NCBI GenBank assembly: GCA_034669905.1
Contig: JAXMOL010000007.1
Coordinates: forward strand, 96,001 to 160,000
DNA: 64,000 nt
Direction of reading: 5' to 3'
Source of the DNA: Candidatus Hydrogenedentota bacterium
Lineage (GTDB): Bacteria; Hydrogenedentota; Hydrogenedentia; Hydrogenedentales; JAEUWI01
Positions within the stretch are counted from its first letter, which is position 1, and each line of letters starts with the position of its first letter. The position numbers and the translations under genes were made by a program. The notes beneath the pieces were generated by a model. It saw only the letters and a program-made list of their open reading frames with translations. It had not been told where the DNA came from and searched no databases. Of this stretch, positions 17,505 through 27,668 are shown one piece after another.

Positions 17505-19175
17505 TCAGGAAGAAGGTGACGACTCGAAATGTAGGTGGGCCACCGTCTCCAGTAGCTCACTGTCATGGGTGTAGACCAAGACGTTATTGGGTTCCAAGCG
17601 TCCAAACTCGGGGCAGTATTGGGCGTCTTCGCACGAAAGCAGCCCCGCTCCCGAAAATGTAATCGAAAAGCGTCCCGCCGGGTATGCTACCTCAGCGTGA
17701 TCGCGACCAAGCCGTATTATACGGCATCCGGGGTGCAAGTGAAACCTCGTCGCCGTTTTCACGGGCCGACCCGCTTTTACCCTGTCCCGGATGGTGAGGC
17801 CCTGGCTTTTATCCCAGGTGAACGTCCGGTGGTGAACCGGTCGACCGGGAATGCGCCGGTAGCCATCGTGCCACGCGCTCAGGGTGAATCCGTTCGTATG
17901 GGCTTCCCAGGATACATCCCGTGGCTGGCCTCGGCGTGCGACCCGGAATTGTCCCCAGAATTCGCACTGGTCAAGATTTTCAACTTCCACCGTGTTGTGG
18001 GCCCGGGTGCTGCGGCAATATGCGCGCATCGGCCCCGCCTCGTAACCGTGCGTACCGCTATCTACCAGAACCCGGTGGCCCCGTAGGGAGAGTTCGAAGG
18101 ATAGCATGTCGCCGTGGGCGTGGCCGGGCAGGTAGTCGGGCCCTATCGGCGCCGCATCACAAATCAGATAGGTCCCATCCTCGCCCCGCCAGCCATAATA
18201 CCCCGCATCGGCGAGTGCCCACGGGCCGTAGTGCGCCTCTTGCTGGTCAGGTCCCCGGAGGGATTCCAGCTCATTGTAAATGCCAAAGGCGCTATCGTTG
18301 AAGAGTGCTATCTGGCCATCCGGATGACACAAGTGGGTCAGGGCCTGTTCCATCGGCTCCCGGTGGGGGCCCAATAACGCCTTCAGGGTAGGGTCGTCCG
18401 TGTCGCAGAGCAGTTTTACCAGGTAGGTCAATCGGGCGTGATACATGGGAGAGCGCTCGAAGTGCATCCCATCCCCGAGGATCTGCTCCGGAAGCTCGCG
18501 TCGCAGGACGCCGAGCCCTGTGTTCAGCCAGCGTTGGGCGGCGGTTCCCGTAAAGCAACTGCCTGCGAATGCCAACGCGGCTCCATTCTCAAAGAGGTGG
18601 TTTCCCTTGAGGTGTGTCTCCAGGTGTCCTGCGAGCCAATCTGCCTGCAGGGTAGTACTACGCCAGAGTGCGTCCCGGAACTCCTGGTCGTCCAACGTCT
18701 CTTGACGATACTTTCCGAAGCATACACCCGCCCAATTCATCAGGCGCAGCGATGTGGGGTAGGGTTCCCAACCTATCTGGCCCCGGGAAAGGGGGTGTCG
18801 TGCGATCCAATCCAAGATGGCTTGCCGGGCGGCAGGGTAGTCCAATGCCCAGAGCCATTCAAAGTAATGGAGGTTGTATTGCCAGAGCCGGGTTTCCGAG
18901 GGCGCGTTCCAGTCCGAAGGTGGCCAGCCAAGGGTCCCGGTCTGGTTTAGAAAGGTGTAATCACCCCGCAGAATAGCGTCGCCGTCATTGAGCTGGGCCC
19001 CCGGTGGCAGGAACTCGATAGATTCCGGCCATCGGCAGCCACCAAAATCGGGCGTCCCGCGCTGAAAAAATGCGTCGGGACGCTCCCAGTAGGGGCGCAA
19101 TCGGTTTCGCAATTGCGCCGCAATCTGGGTGTATTTCAAGTGGCGGACGGTGTAAAAGGTGCGGGACAGGGACAT
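17505..19175 (-). CDS. Heparinase II/III family protein
   Basis: LWQYNLHYF, WEPYPTSLR, ETHLKGNHL, DGMHFERSPMYH, PGHAHGD.LSFEL, RSTRAHNTV. Confidence 0.9.
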   Translation of the reverse strand: MSLSRTFYTVRHLKYTQIAAQLRNRLRPYWERPDAFFQRGTPDFGGCRWPESIEFLPPGAQLNDGDAILRGDYTFLNQTGTLGWPPSDWNAPSETRLWQYNLHYFEWLWALDYPAARQAILDWIARHPLSRGQIGWEPYPTSLRLMNWAGVCFGKYRQETLDDQEFRDALWRSTTLQADWLAGHLETHLKGNHLFENGAALAFAGSCFTGTAAQRWLNTGLGVLRRELPEQILGDGMHFERSPMYHARLTYLVKLLCDTDDPTLKALLGPHREPMEQALTHLCHPDGQIALFNDSAFGIYNELESLRGPDQQEAHYGPWALADAGYYGWRGEDGTYLICDAAPIGPDYLPGHAHGDMLSFELSLRGHRVLVDSGTHGYEAGPMRAYCRSTRAHNTVEVENLDQCEFWGQFRVARRGQPRDVSWEAHTNGFTLSAWHDGYRRIPGRPVHHRTFTWDKSQGLTIRDRVKAGRPVKTATRFHLHPGCRIIRLGRDHAEVAYPAGRFSITFSGAGLLSCEDAQYCPEFGRLEPNNVLVYTHDSELLETVAHLHFESSPSS

Positions 19176-19184
19176 GGATAGCGG

Positions 19185-21326
19185 CTATAGCGTGATGGTC
19201 GTGCCTTGCCGGGCGGAATCCACCGCAGCAAAGCTGGCTCGGGTGCTATTGCACAACTCGGGGAAGGAGATAAGGGCATCGCCTCCCTTGGCAACCCGTT
19301 CGACAAAGGCGGCCACTTCGGCCTCATGCCCCTTGTCCTGTCGGGAGGTCTTGAATTTCTTAAAGTCCGAAAATCCGAAGCCTCGGGTCAGACGGAAGTT
19401 CTCCATGCGGAGCACGCGCCCGTCGCTGAACACTTCCAGGGTCTCCTTTGGGTAGCTCTTGGACCCGTTGGAGAAATAGTTCACCGTGCCGATGGAACCA
19501 TCTGCAAAGCGCAGGATGATGGTCATCTTGTCCTCCCGCACGGCCGCGCCTTCGCCGATCATCATGGCGGAGACCGTCGTGACCGGGCTGTCCGCAATGG
19601 AGGCGAGCAGGTCGATGAAGTGACATGCCTCTCCGATAATACGACCACCGCCCAATTCGGGATCCTGGGTCCAATGGTCCGGAGGGATGGCCCCACCGTT
19701 TATCGTCATGTTCATACAGAGCGGTTCGCTTCGGCCGGCAAGCAGCGCCTTAATCTTCCTGGTGTGGGGGCTGAAACGACGGTTAAAGCCCACCATGAGC
19801 TGACGCGGTGCTTTGGCGTTGGCCGCCTGGAAGGCCGCCTCGACCGTTGCGAGCTCCTCGGCATTCAGGGCGAGGGGTTTCTCTACGAAGACATGCTTGC
19901 CAGCCTCTAAGGCTTCCACCACGAGGCGCGCGTGAAGGTGGTGTCCCAGCAGGATAAATACGGTGTTTACCGCCGGGTCAGACAGGATGTTCTTGTAATC
20001 AGAGGTGGCTTCCACAATGCCGAATTTCTTGCCCGCGTGACTTGCACTGGCTCCACCTTTACTCGCGATAGAAAGTATGGGGGCCCCGGTCTTCGCGATG
20101 GCGGGCAGCAAGACGCCCTTGGCAAAGCCTCCCGCGCCGATGACACCAATCGCTGCCTGGTCGGCCGCTATGCTGGCCGGTGCGGGCGCAAGGCGGATCG
20201 ACGTGGACGGGTCGGCCGACTCGCCATATTCCAGGATTACGCCAAGGGCTGCGCTGTCGTTCGTTACCTTTTCATAGGCTTCCACGGCGTCCCCAAACGC
20301 GATACGGTCGGTGATGATAGGCTCGATTTGAAGTGCGCCTGAGGCGATTGCGCCGAGAACTGCCTCAAAATTGCGCTGCTCGGTCCAGCGGACAAAGCCA
20401 ATGGGGTAGTCCTGGCCACCCTGCTCATATTTTTCATCATAGCGACCCGGGCCGTAGGAGCAAGATACCTGGAAGCTAAGCTCCTTCCGGTAGAAATCAT
20501 CCCGTCGCAGGTTGAGACCAACCACGCCCACGAGGATGATACGGCCCCGCTTCCGGCAGGCCTCCGCCGCCTGGTGGACAATGGCATCGGTTTTTGCGGA
20601 AGCCGTTATAATGGCACCGTCCACCCCGGTGCCTCCGGTCCAGGCCTCTGCGGCGGCAATCGGGTCGCCACCCGCCCCAATGTTCACCGTCTCCGCCCCG
20701 AAACTTTCGGCCAGTTCCAGCCGTGCCGCACTGAGATCTACCGCGAGCACCTGGCAGCCGCTCGCCCGGAGCAACTGGGTGGTCAACAACCCCAGCAGTC
20801 CCAGGCCAAAAACGATGAACCGTTCACCCAGCGTGGGTTGGGCAAGGCGGACGCCCTGGAGTGCGATACTTCCCATGACCGTAAAGGCGGCGTGCTCGTC
20901 TGAGACGTCATCGGGAATCTTGGCACAGAGGTTACGCGGGACGCAGGCGATTTCCGCGTGGGGTCCATTGCTGGCAACCCGGTCGCCCACCTGAATATCG
21001 TGAACGCCCGCGCCCACGGCCAATACGACGCCCGAGTTGCAATAGCCCAGGGGAAGGGGTTCATCGAGCTTGCGAAACACGGCCTCCAGCGTGGGGGCCA
21101 GGCCATCGGTCTTCATCTTGTCCAGTACCTGTTTGACCTTGTCGGGCTGCTTGCGCGCTTTCTGCAGGAGGTTGGCCTGACTGAATTCGACCAGCATACG
21201 CTCCGTGCCCGCCGAGATGAGCGAGGTCCGTGTCTGAATCAAGACCTGACCCCGACCCACCTGGGGGCAGGGGATTTCGGCCAATTCCATTTCACCAGTA
21301 CGAAGATGCTGCAAAATCTGTTTCAT
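19185..21326 (-). CDS. Bi-domain oxidoreductase (MDR/zinc-binding alcohol dehydrogenase plus Gfo/Idh/MocA domain)
   Basis: SLISAGTE, PLGYCNSG, GLGLLG, SCSYGPGRYD, RWTEQRNF; second domain IGAGGF, HVFVEKPL, VGFNRRF, GEACHFID. Confidence 0.92.
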   Translation of the reverse strand: MKQILQHLRTGEMELAEIPCPQVGRGQVLIQTRTSLISAGTERMLVEFSQANLLQKARKQPDKVKQVLDKMKTDGLAPTLEAVFRKLDEPLPLGYCNSGVVLAVGAGVHDIQVGDRVASNGPHAEIACVPRNLCAKIPDDVSDEHAAFTVMGSIALQGVRLAQPTLGERFIVFGLGLLGLLTTQLLRASGCQVLAVDLSAARLELAESFGAETVNIGAGGDPIAAAEAWTGGTGVDGAIITASAKTDAIVHQAAEACRKRGRIILVGVVGLNLRRDDFYRKELSFQVSCSYGPGRYDEKYEQGGQDYPIGFVRWTEQRNFEAVLGAIASGALQIEPIITDRIAFGDAVEAYEKVTNDSAALGVILEYGESADPSTSIRLAPAPASIAADQAAIGVIGAGGFAKGVLLPAIAKTGAPILSIASKGGASASHAGKKFGIVEATSDYKNILSDPAVNTVFILLGHHLHARLVVEALEAGKHVFVEKPLALNAEELATVEAAFQAANAKAPRQLMVGFNRRFSPHTRKIKALLAGRSEPLCMNMTINGGAIPPDHWTQDPELGGGRIIGEACHFIDLLASIADSPVTTVSAMMIGEGAAVREDKMTIILRFADGSIGTVNYFSNGSKSYPKETLEVFSDGRVLRMENFRLTRGFGFSDFKKFKTSRQDKGHEAEVAAFVERVAKGGDALISFPELCNSTRASFAAVDSARQGTTITL

Positions 21327-21398
21327 GAATCGATGCTTCCCAAAAGTGTGTGTTCTATCTGATGCCGGCCAACGATAGGTATCGCGGGGCTGTCGTAA

Positions 21399-22889
21399 TT
21401 ATTCTGCGGGCAGTGCGTTCTCAAGGAGTACGCTACCCATGCGTTGCGCCACCAGGCGATTGCCTTCCTCAGCGATGTGGCAGAAATCGATATAGACCGA
21501 TTCCTGGCGTGCAGCGAGTGCATCTGAGATATCGTGAAAATGGGCGATGTCCCGTGTGCGAATTTCGAAATACACACGGTCATAGAGATAGCCCAGGGAC
21601 TTATCTCTGAATCGGACCGCCGTGGCCTCTTCTTCACTCAAATGAGATTCGGTAAAGAGCACCGGCTGCCAAAAGAGCTGGTAGTCAAAGCCATATACCT
21701 GAGACAAGCCCTCCAGCAAGGCCGCGGAAGCAACGTAGTAGTCTACGATACCGAGTGCCAAGGTATCGAGTCGCTCCCGGTCGATGGTGGCCCCCGCCTC
21801 GGTGAACCGGGCCGCGGGCAGGTCTCCCGTATGTTCCTGCTGCAGCGCGGAGCCTTCGGTATCCCCGAAGAATGACTGGAAAACGGGAGGGATTTCTGAA
21901 ACCAGTTGATAGAGGTGACAATGTGCTTCGAGAAGGCCCGTGACGGCCAGATAGAGATCTTCCCGCAGCGAATGGGTTGGCGGGTTCAGATCGGTCAGGA
22001 GCTTACGAAATACCCGGTAGCGGATATCCGTGCCTGGAATGCCGGTCTTGTAAGCCGCATACACTTCGTTCACTCCATCATAGAAGACAACGGTATCCGG
22101 CCGATGGCCTTCCCGTAGCAGCATCAAAAGACGGACAAATTCCTGGGTCATCGTATACCCCGTCTCGCCATAATTGGAGACCAACACGGGGTGGCCTGCC
22201 TCCGAAAGGGTCCGGGAGAGATAGGAAGGGATGGTGTGTTCATCCCGCGCCCCCGTACCCCAGGCAGTAGAGCCCCCCAGGAAGTACAGGGAGGAAGGCG
22301 TCGGGGGCTCGGCCAGTCCTGTGGGGTTCCAGGATTTCCGGACGCCGTCGGCGCTGATGTTGATGTGTTTGCCCTCAAAGGCACCACGCCGCCACAAGTA
22401 ATAGGACTCGTAATACTGACGACGGCAGGCCGCTTCCTCTTCGAAAAGAGGGATGGCCCAGGGCTTGTCATCGTAGGGTGAACGTAGCAATCGCGGGTCC
22501 AGGGTTTCTTTGCGTTCCGCTTCCGCGGTCAGGCGCTCCGCGACGGTCCCCAGCAGCGCCACGGAAAGCTCGCAGAGTGACACCATGATGAGGAGGAGGA
22601 TGGCACTGAACAGGATGTGTTTGCGCCCTGATGCGGTGCCCCCTTTCCGGAAGAAGGTCACCGCGAAAAAGAGCAGCCCCGCCTGGAAGCACCAGATGAA
22701 GCACCGCGCCGCGAATTCATCCACGTTGCCTGTGGGGGAAAAGAGGGCGCCGATAAGCCAGTGGTTACACAGGAGTGCCATCGCGACCAGGAAAGCAGCA
22801 ACGGGCACATTGGCCCGCGACTCCAGCGGCGATTCAGTCTGTGTAGAAGAAGCTGACATGGAATCCCTAAGCGACGTGACTGTACTCAA
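21399..22889 (-). CDS. Membrane-anchored SGNH/GDSL hydrolase-like protein
   Basis: Three N-terminal hydrophobic segments; block I FLGGSTAWG, YDGVNE, WQP, block V YIDFCH...GN. Confidence 0.8.
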   Translation of the reverse strand: MSTVTSLRDSMSASSTQTESPLESRANVPVAAFLVAMALLCNHWLIGALFSPTGNVDEFAARCFIWCFQAGLLFFAVTFFRKGGTASGRKHILFSAILLLIMVSLCELSVALLGTVAERLTAEAERKETLDPRLLRSPYDDKPWAIPLFEEEAACRRQYYESYYLWRRGAFEGKHINISADGVRKSWNPTGLAEPPTPSSLYFLGGSTAWGTGARDEHTIPSYLSRTLSEAGHPVLVSNYGETGYTMTQEFVRLLMLLREGHRPDTVVFYDGVNEVYAAYKTGIPGTDIRYRVFRKLLTDLNPPTHSLREDLYLAVTGLLEAHCHLYQLVSEIPPVFQSFFGDTEGSALQQEHTGDLPAARFTEAGATIDRERLDTLALGIVDYYVASAALLEGLSQVYGFDYQLFWQPVLFTESHLSEEEATAVRFRDKSLGYLYDRVYFEIRTRDIAHFHDISDALAARQESVYIDFCHIAEEGNRLVAQRMGSVLLENALPAE

Positions 22890-24064
22890 TCACGCGGTGT
22901 GGCAACGGTGTCAAGGTCGGACAGGACGACCGCCGCGATGTCTTCCCACGAACGCACGTTGTGTTCTATGCGCTTTTTGCCAGCCGAGACGAGGTCCTGG
23001 CGGAGCGCGTCATTCGATTTCAAGCGCAATATGGTGTCCCGCATCGAATCGAGATTCCACGGGTCGCAATAGAGTGCAGCATCGCCACACACGGCATGCG
23101 CAAAGTCCAGGTCACTGGTGATTACGGGCAAATCGGATGCCATGGCTTCCAGATAGGGGATGCCAAAGGTTTCGAGCAGAGTTGGCATCAACAAGGCGTC
23201 GCTGTGATGATAATAGTTCTTGACGTCTGCATGGGGGACAGGCCCGAGATTCACGATGTGATTTTCTAAGCCGAGTGCCGAGATTCGCTCAAGAAGGCGG
23301 GCGGCGTTCGGGTGCTGATCGGCCGCGATGGTCAAGAACACCACGACGCCATCCAGCGCTTCCCGATATCGCTCAAATAACGCGACGATGCCTTCTAGAT
23401 TCTTATGGGGATAGTAGCGCGTGAGGTAGAGCAGCTTGAAAGAATCGCGGTACGTGGCAAAGGTGTCGGGTTCCGGGGGGGCTACCGGCGATTGGAAAAT
23501 AGAAGGGGATATGGATGTGCCGCACACGGAGATACGACCGTTGTATCCAAGTACATCACGTAAGCGCCGGGCGACTACCTCGGTCTGGCAGAGCAAGAGC
23601 TGGGTCGATGCCAATTGGCGCTTGAAACGATACTTGACGTAGAACGCCCGCAGCCTGTTCTTGAGCCGTAAGGGGCCGAAATGTTTCGGGGGATAGACCA
23701 GCTGAGGCTGATGCACAAAAACCGCCTGGGGGCAGGGCGGATGGGTAAGGCCCAGGTTGCCCAGCGCAAGCAGAATGTCCGGCGCGAAACGGGCAATCAA
23801 CTTGGGAAGGTGATGGCGGTCAAACCAGATGCGTTGGACGTTACCCGTTGTCTGATAGGAATGCACTTCCGCATTGGGTGCTTGCGCACAAACCGCTTCG
23901 TAGCCCACGCCAACTGGGATCAAAAAGGCAAAGTGATGCTGAGGAGCCTGGTGAATCAGAGACTGGATCAGGTTCAGGCCCACGTTCAGGCCCCCAGCGG
24001 TCCGCAGACCATGGGCGAGAACGAATATCCGCATGGGAGACTGGGTCGAATCTGCCTTCGTCAT
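22886..24064 (-). CDS. Glycosyltransferase family 4
   Basis: YPHKNL, PTLLETFGIPYLEAMAS..PV..SD (ExxGxxxxE). Confidence 0.9.
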   Translation of the reverse strand: MTKADSTQSPMRIFVLAHGLRTAGGLNVGLNLIQSLIHQAPQHHFAFLIPVGVGYEAVCAQAPNAEVHSYQTTGNVQRIWFDRHHLPKLIARFAPDILLALGNLGLTHPPCPQAVFVHQPQLVYPPKHFGPLRLKNRLRAFYVKYRFKRQLASTQLLLCQTEVVARRLRDVLGYNGRISVCGTSISPSIFQSPVAPPEPDTFATYRDSFKLLYLTRYYPHKNLEGIVALFERYREALDGVVVFLTIAADQHPNAARLLERISALGLENHIVNLGPVPHADVKNYYHHSDALLMPTLLETFGIPYLEAMASDLPVITSDLDFAHAVCGDAALYCDPWNLDSMRDTILRLKSNDALRQDLVSAGKKRIEHNVRSWEDIAAVVLSDLDTVATPRD

Positions 24065-25257
24065 GGCGTGGGGCTTTCATTGCTCGAGACCACGTTTAGA
24101 ACACAATGCTCGATTTGCGAAACCATGTGTTCCATCAGAAACCGTTCGTTGAGCCGCGCAAAGCCGGCTTCGCCAAGAGATTTTCCCCGGTCCGCCATGT
24201 TGCGCAACCTGTCCAGCCCCGCACGAATCGCCGACACGGAACCATCCTGAAGGCGAATTCCCGTTTCTCCATCCACCACCAGATCAAACTCGGTCCCGTC
24301 GGCCTGATGCACAACCACGGGAAGGCTCCAGGCCATGGCCTCGGAGATAACCATTCCGCCGCGCCCGGGCATCAGCATGGCATCGGAAGCTCGGAAATAA
24401 AGTGGCAGCGCTTCACTCACCCGACCCGGAAGATAGACATTTTCGAGATTTTCCGCGGCGACCCGCTCACGAAGGGAGTCCAGCATCCCGCCTGCTCCCA
24501 GCAGGACCATGTTGTAGTCGTCGGGTCCACTTTCCCGTGCCACATCGAGCAGGGCGTCCGGGCGTTTGTTGGCGTCCATGGCACCGGCATACAGCACCGT
24601 GAAGCGGTTGGGGAGGCCGAGTTGCTCTCGGGCCTCGGCAGGACTCAGGCTAAGCGATGCCGCCGACGCCATGTGGGCGTGGGTATCGGCCACATTGGTC
24701 GCGATGGAAATCTTCGATGCGTCATGACCCAAGGCCACGAGGCACTCTTTTCCATAGCTGGAATAGACGAGGAAGCCATCAAAGGGCCTTTGGAGTAAGC
24801 GCTTGATACGGCCGGTAGTGCCTGATGGGCGGACCGGCACGCCAGGCAGGCCACCCAGTGACCAATGGATCAGTTTCGTCGAGCGGTGGGAACGCCGGTA
24901 CCAGATTGCCTGAAGATAATTGAGTAGATTGCTCTCGCCCTCGCAGAGGATGACATCTGGATCGAAGTGATCCAGTTCTTTGCGTAATCCCCGATGCCAG
25001 GGCATGGCATGACCCCGTACAGGTATGAATCGGGTTGGGCACTTGACATGATCGATGCCACGGAGGTCAGCCGTGCTACGTACTTTGGTCGCCGGCACGT
25101 CATCCCCCAGGAAAAGGCGAACCTGAAAGCCGGGGAGGGCGGCCAGTTTCATGAACAGGCCGAGCCGATAGCCGGTGCAGACGCGCTGCAAAATGGCCAG
25201 CCGAATGGGAGGAGGAGCGTTGTTCGTTACTTCTTGACCTGTATTCTGAAGCGTCAT
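24061..25257 (-). CDS. Glycosyltransferase family 4
   Basis: YAGAMDANKRPD, LLGAG, PGRGGMVISEAMAWSLPVV, LVVDGETG. Confidence 0.88.
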   Translation of the reverse strand: MTLQNTGQEVTNNAPPPIRLAILQRVCTGYRLGLFMKLAALPGFQVRLFLGDDVPATKVRSTADLRGIDHVKCPTRFIPVRGHAMPWHRGLRKELDHFDPDVILCEGESNLLNYLQAIWYRRSHRSTKLIHWSLGGLPGVPVRPSGTTGRIKRLLQRPFDGFLVYSSYGKECLVALGHDASKISIATNVADTHAHMASAASLSLSPAEAREQLGLPNRFTVLYAGAMDANKRPDALLDVARESGPDDYNMVLLGAGGMLDSLRERVAAENLENVYLPGRVSEALPLYFRASDAMLMPGRGGMVISEAMAWSLPVVVHQADGTEFDLVVDGETGIRLQDGSVSAIRAGLDRLRNMADRGKSLGEAGFARLNERFLMEHMVSQIEHCVLNVVSSNESPTP

Positions 25258-25346
25258 CGCCGCCTCCTGTTCTTCGCATCAAGGCGTCGTATCATTCATC
25301 CGCACACCCTACCTTGATATATGCACCTCACCAACCCTTGTTCGGG

Positions 25347-26087
25347 CTATTTCTTCTTCCCGACGACCAACGCCGCACCGCTTGTCAGAGACGGCCACAG
25401 GTTGTGCAGACGCCCGAATTTACCAAAGCCCTCGGTGTGGGTAGGCTCGATTCCGTGCATGCGATACAGCCGTTCAATGGTGCCAAAGGTGAGGTAGTGG
25501 AGGTGGCCGGCATCATACATCTCCCCGGGGCGCACGGCGAATCCTTCGTCACCCGCCGCCGTGCCGGGAAACTTTCCACACAGCAGGGCGATCCGATAGC
25601 GGATATAGGCAAGGTTGGGGGTGGAGGTAATAAGGGTGCCATCTTTTGCCAACAGACGGGAAATTTCGCGCATGGTGGCGAACAAGTCCACCACATGTTC
25701 GATGACGTCCGCCCAGAGAATAACGTCGTAGGTCCCGTCGGGGATATCTACGCCTTCCTCCAGATTGCCATGGAAAATCGAAACGGGCTTCCCGATATCC
25801 GCAAGGTTTTTACGCGCGGTCTCACAGCGGTTGGGAGAAATTTCCATGCCATTCAGGGCATCGCAGCGGTCGGCAATGTGATGGAGCACAACGCCATTTC
25901 CGCACCCGATTTCTAACACGTTCTTGGCGTGTTCGGGCATGCAGTGCACGAGCGCTTCCCAACGATTGCGAGGCCACCCATCCAGATTGAGCTTCTGAAT
26001 ACCCGTCGCTTCCTCTGCGTACAACGCGTCGTAGGAATCCTGCAGTCGGCTGCTTTGGGTCGTTGCGTTACTTTCCGAATCGGTCAT
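25347..26087 (-). CDS. Class I SAM-dependent methyltransferase
   Basis: VLEIGCGNG, YDVILWADVIEHV, LITSTPN, HLHYLT. Confidence 0.9.
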   Translation of the reverse strand: MTDSESNATTQSSRLQDSYDALYAEEATGIQKLNLDGWPRNRWEALVHCMPEHAKNVLEIGCGNGVVLHHIADRCDALNGMEISPNRCETARKNLADIGKPVSIFHGNLEEGVDIPDGTYDVILWADVIEHVVDLFATMREISRLLAKDGTLITSTPNLAYIRYRIALLCGKFPGTAAGDEGFAVRPGEMYDAGHLHYLTFGTIERLYRMHGIEPTHTEGFGKFGRLHNLWPSLTSGAALVVGKKK

Positions 26088-26165
26088 CCGTAGTATCCTG
26101 TCTGCTCAACATGCATTCGTGAAAAGCCATTCACCGCCATGTTTTTGATGGTTTATAGGGGCCGC

Positions 26166-27668
26166 TCAGCCCTGCGTTGTGTCCCCAGACAGATCGCGGC
26201 TACGTTCAATGTCTGGAAACTCAGGATGCGGGGCTGAAGCGTGTGCTGTCTTTTGAGGGGGAGTACGTGCAGTCTTCCCACGTAAATAGCCTGCAGCAAT
26301 CCTGATTATCACATAGTACACAATCAAATTCAATACGGGATTGGTAAATGCGCCCCGCGCAAGATGAAACATCATCGCAAATGCGATGGCCATGAGCAGC
26401 ATGGATTCCACGGTGTTTCGGCGATCCAGGCGCCCCAGAAAATGGCCAAAAACAAACATGCCCAAGACGCCCCACATGCCAAAATTGACATACAGGTCGC
26501 CGATGATTCCTACCGGGGTCGTCTGGACCGATTTGGCATCCGGATCTATCCATTGGGCGATTATCCGTTGGGAATTCAAGGGTTTGTCTGGCCAGATCGA
26601 ACGCGGGATCGGGGTGAGGAGCAGGCGGTAATAGGATTGGCCATAGAGGTAGTCATAATGTTCCGGCACCACCTCCAGCACACGAAAAACCCATTTGGAA
26701 TAGCCCAGTTCCCCGCCGCCCTCAAAGGCAAAGAGAATGCTGCCAACCACATCAATCTGAATGTCGGCAAGAGATTCTGCATCCTGGAACTGGCCACGAA
26801 AGGTGCGCAGGACCATCATACCGAGAAGAAGACTCGCCGCGAGCCCCAGAAGTAGGCCTTTTTGTATGAGGCTCAGGCGCTTGCGACGGGTGGTCTGCCG
26901 GGCGTTGATCTCGATTCGGGGGGCAATGAGAAACCACCCCACCAGGAGCGCAATGCCGTGAATCACCGGAAAGGTTCGCACGCGGAACGCCAGGAACAGA
27001 AAGAGTTCCAGGAAGATTATCACCGGTACCCAGAACATGGCCCGATAGCGTTGCTGCCGCATATGGACCGCGGCCAGTGGATACAACAGGGTGCCAAAGC
27101 CGAACAGCAGCACTGCCACGGTCGTCAGCGTGCCGACGCTCTCCTTCATGTCGACGCGGCTCTGGGAGCGAATCACCGACAGGGTTCCAGCGTCGACGAT
27201 GACCAGCAAGACCGCGCCGATGTTCAGGAAGAGGAGGAGAGTGAGGAGCGTAAACAGACGATTTGAGGACGTCTTGAAACGGACATTCCACTGGCGCCGC
27301 GCGATGGGGGGGGCCGCAGACTCATAGCCGAGTATGAGCAGATGAATGCCCCCGATGGCCAGGAAGCAATACCGGGCAATATCTTCGTCGGAAGCGTTCA
27401 ACTCCAGTCCCAGTAACGGGGCAACGAGGGGATATAATAAGAACAGGCCGATGTAGGGCAGCCCAACCCACGTGAAGAGGCTCGGAAACTTGGCGACTCG
27501 AAATATATGCCACGTGGTGACCACTATCGAAAGAAAGTACAGGTAGGGTGCAAGCGCCAGGGCATCGGGCTGAAACTGCCAGACTACCAGGCTTGCGAAG
27601 ACCAGAAAGAGACTCGGTGCGCTGCGAAACGGCATGGGGCGACGTTTTGTGGGCACAGTCTTATTCAA
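26166..27668 (-). CDS. wzy: O-antigen/polysaccharide polymerase (Wzy-type oligosaccharide repeat unit polymerase)
   Basis: More than 10 TM segments; YLYGQSY...IPRSIWPDKP and IIGDLYVNFG..G motifs; start is TTG 27668 (TTGA overlap with wzx stop) or ATG 27635. Confidence 0.8.
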   Translation of the reverse strand: MNKTVPTKRRPMPFRSAPSLFLVFASLVVWQFQPDALALAPYLYFLSIVVTTWHIFRVAKFPSLFTWVGLPYIGLFLLYPLVAPLLGLELNASDEDIARYCFLAIGGIHLLILGYESAAPPIARRQWNVRFKTSSNRLFTLLTLLLFLNIGAVLLVIVDAGTLSVIRSQSRVDMKESVGTLTTVAVLLFGFGTLLYPLAAVHMRQQRYRAMFWVPVIIFLELFLFLAFRVRTFPVIHGIALLVGWFLIAPRIEINARQTTRRKRLSLIQKGLLLGLAASLLLGMMVLRTFRGQFQDAESLADIQIDVVGSILFAFEGGGELGYSKWVFRVLEVVPEHYDYLYGQSYYRLLLTPIPRSIWPDKPLNSQRIIAQWIDPDAKSVQTTPVGIIGDLYVNFGMWGVLGMFVFGHFLGRLDRRNTVESMLLMAIAFAMMFHLARGAFTNPVLNLIVYYVIIRIAAGYLRGKTARTPPQKTAHASAPHPEFPDIERSRDLSGDTTQG

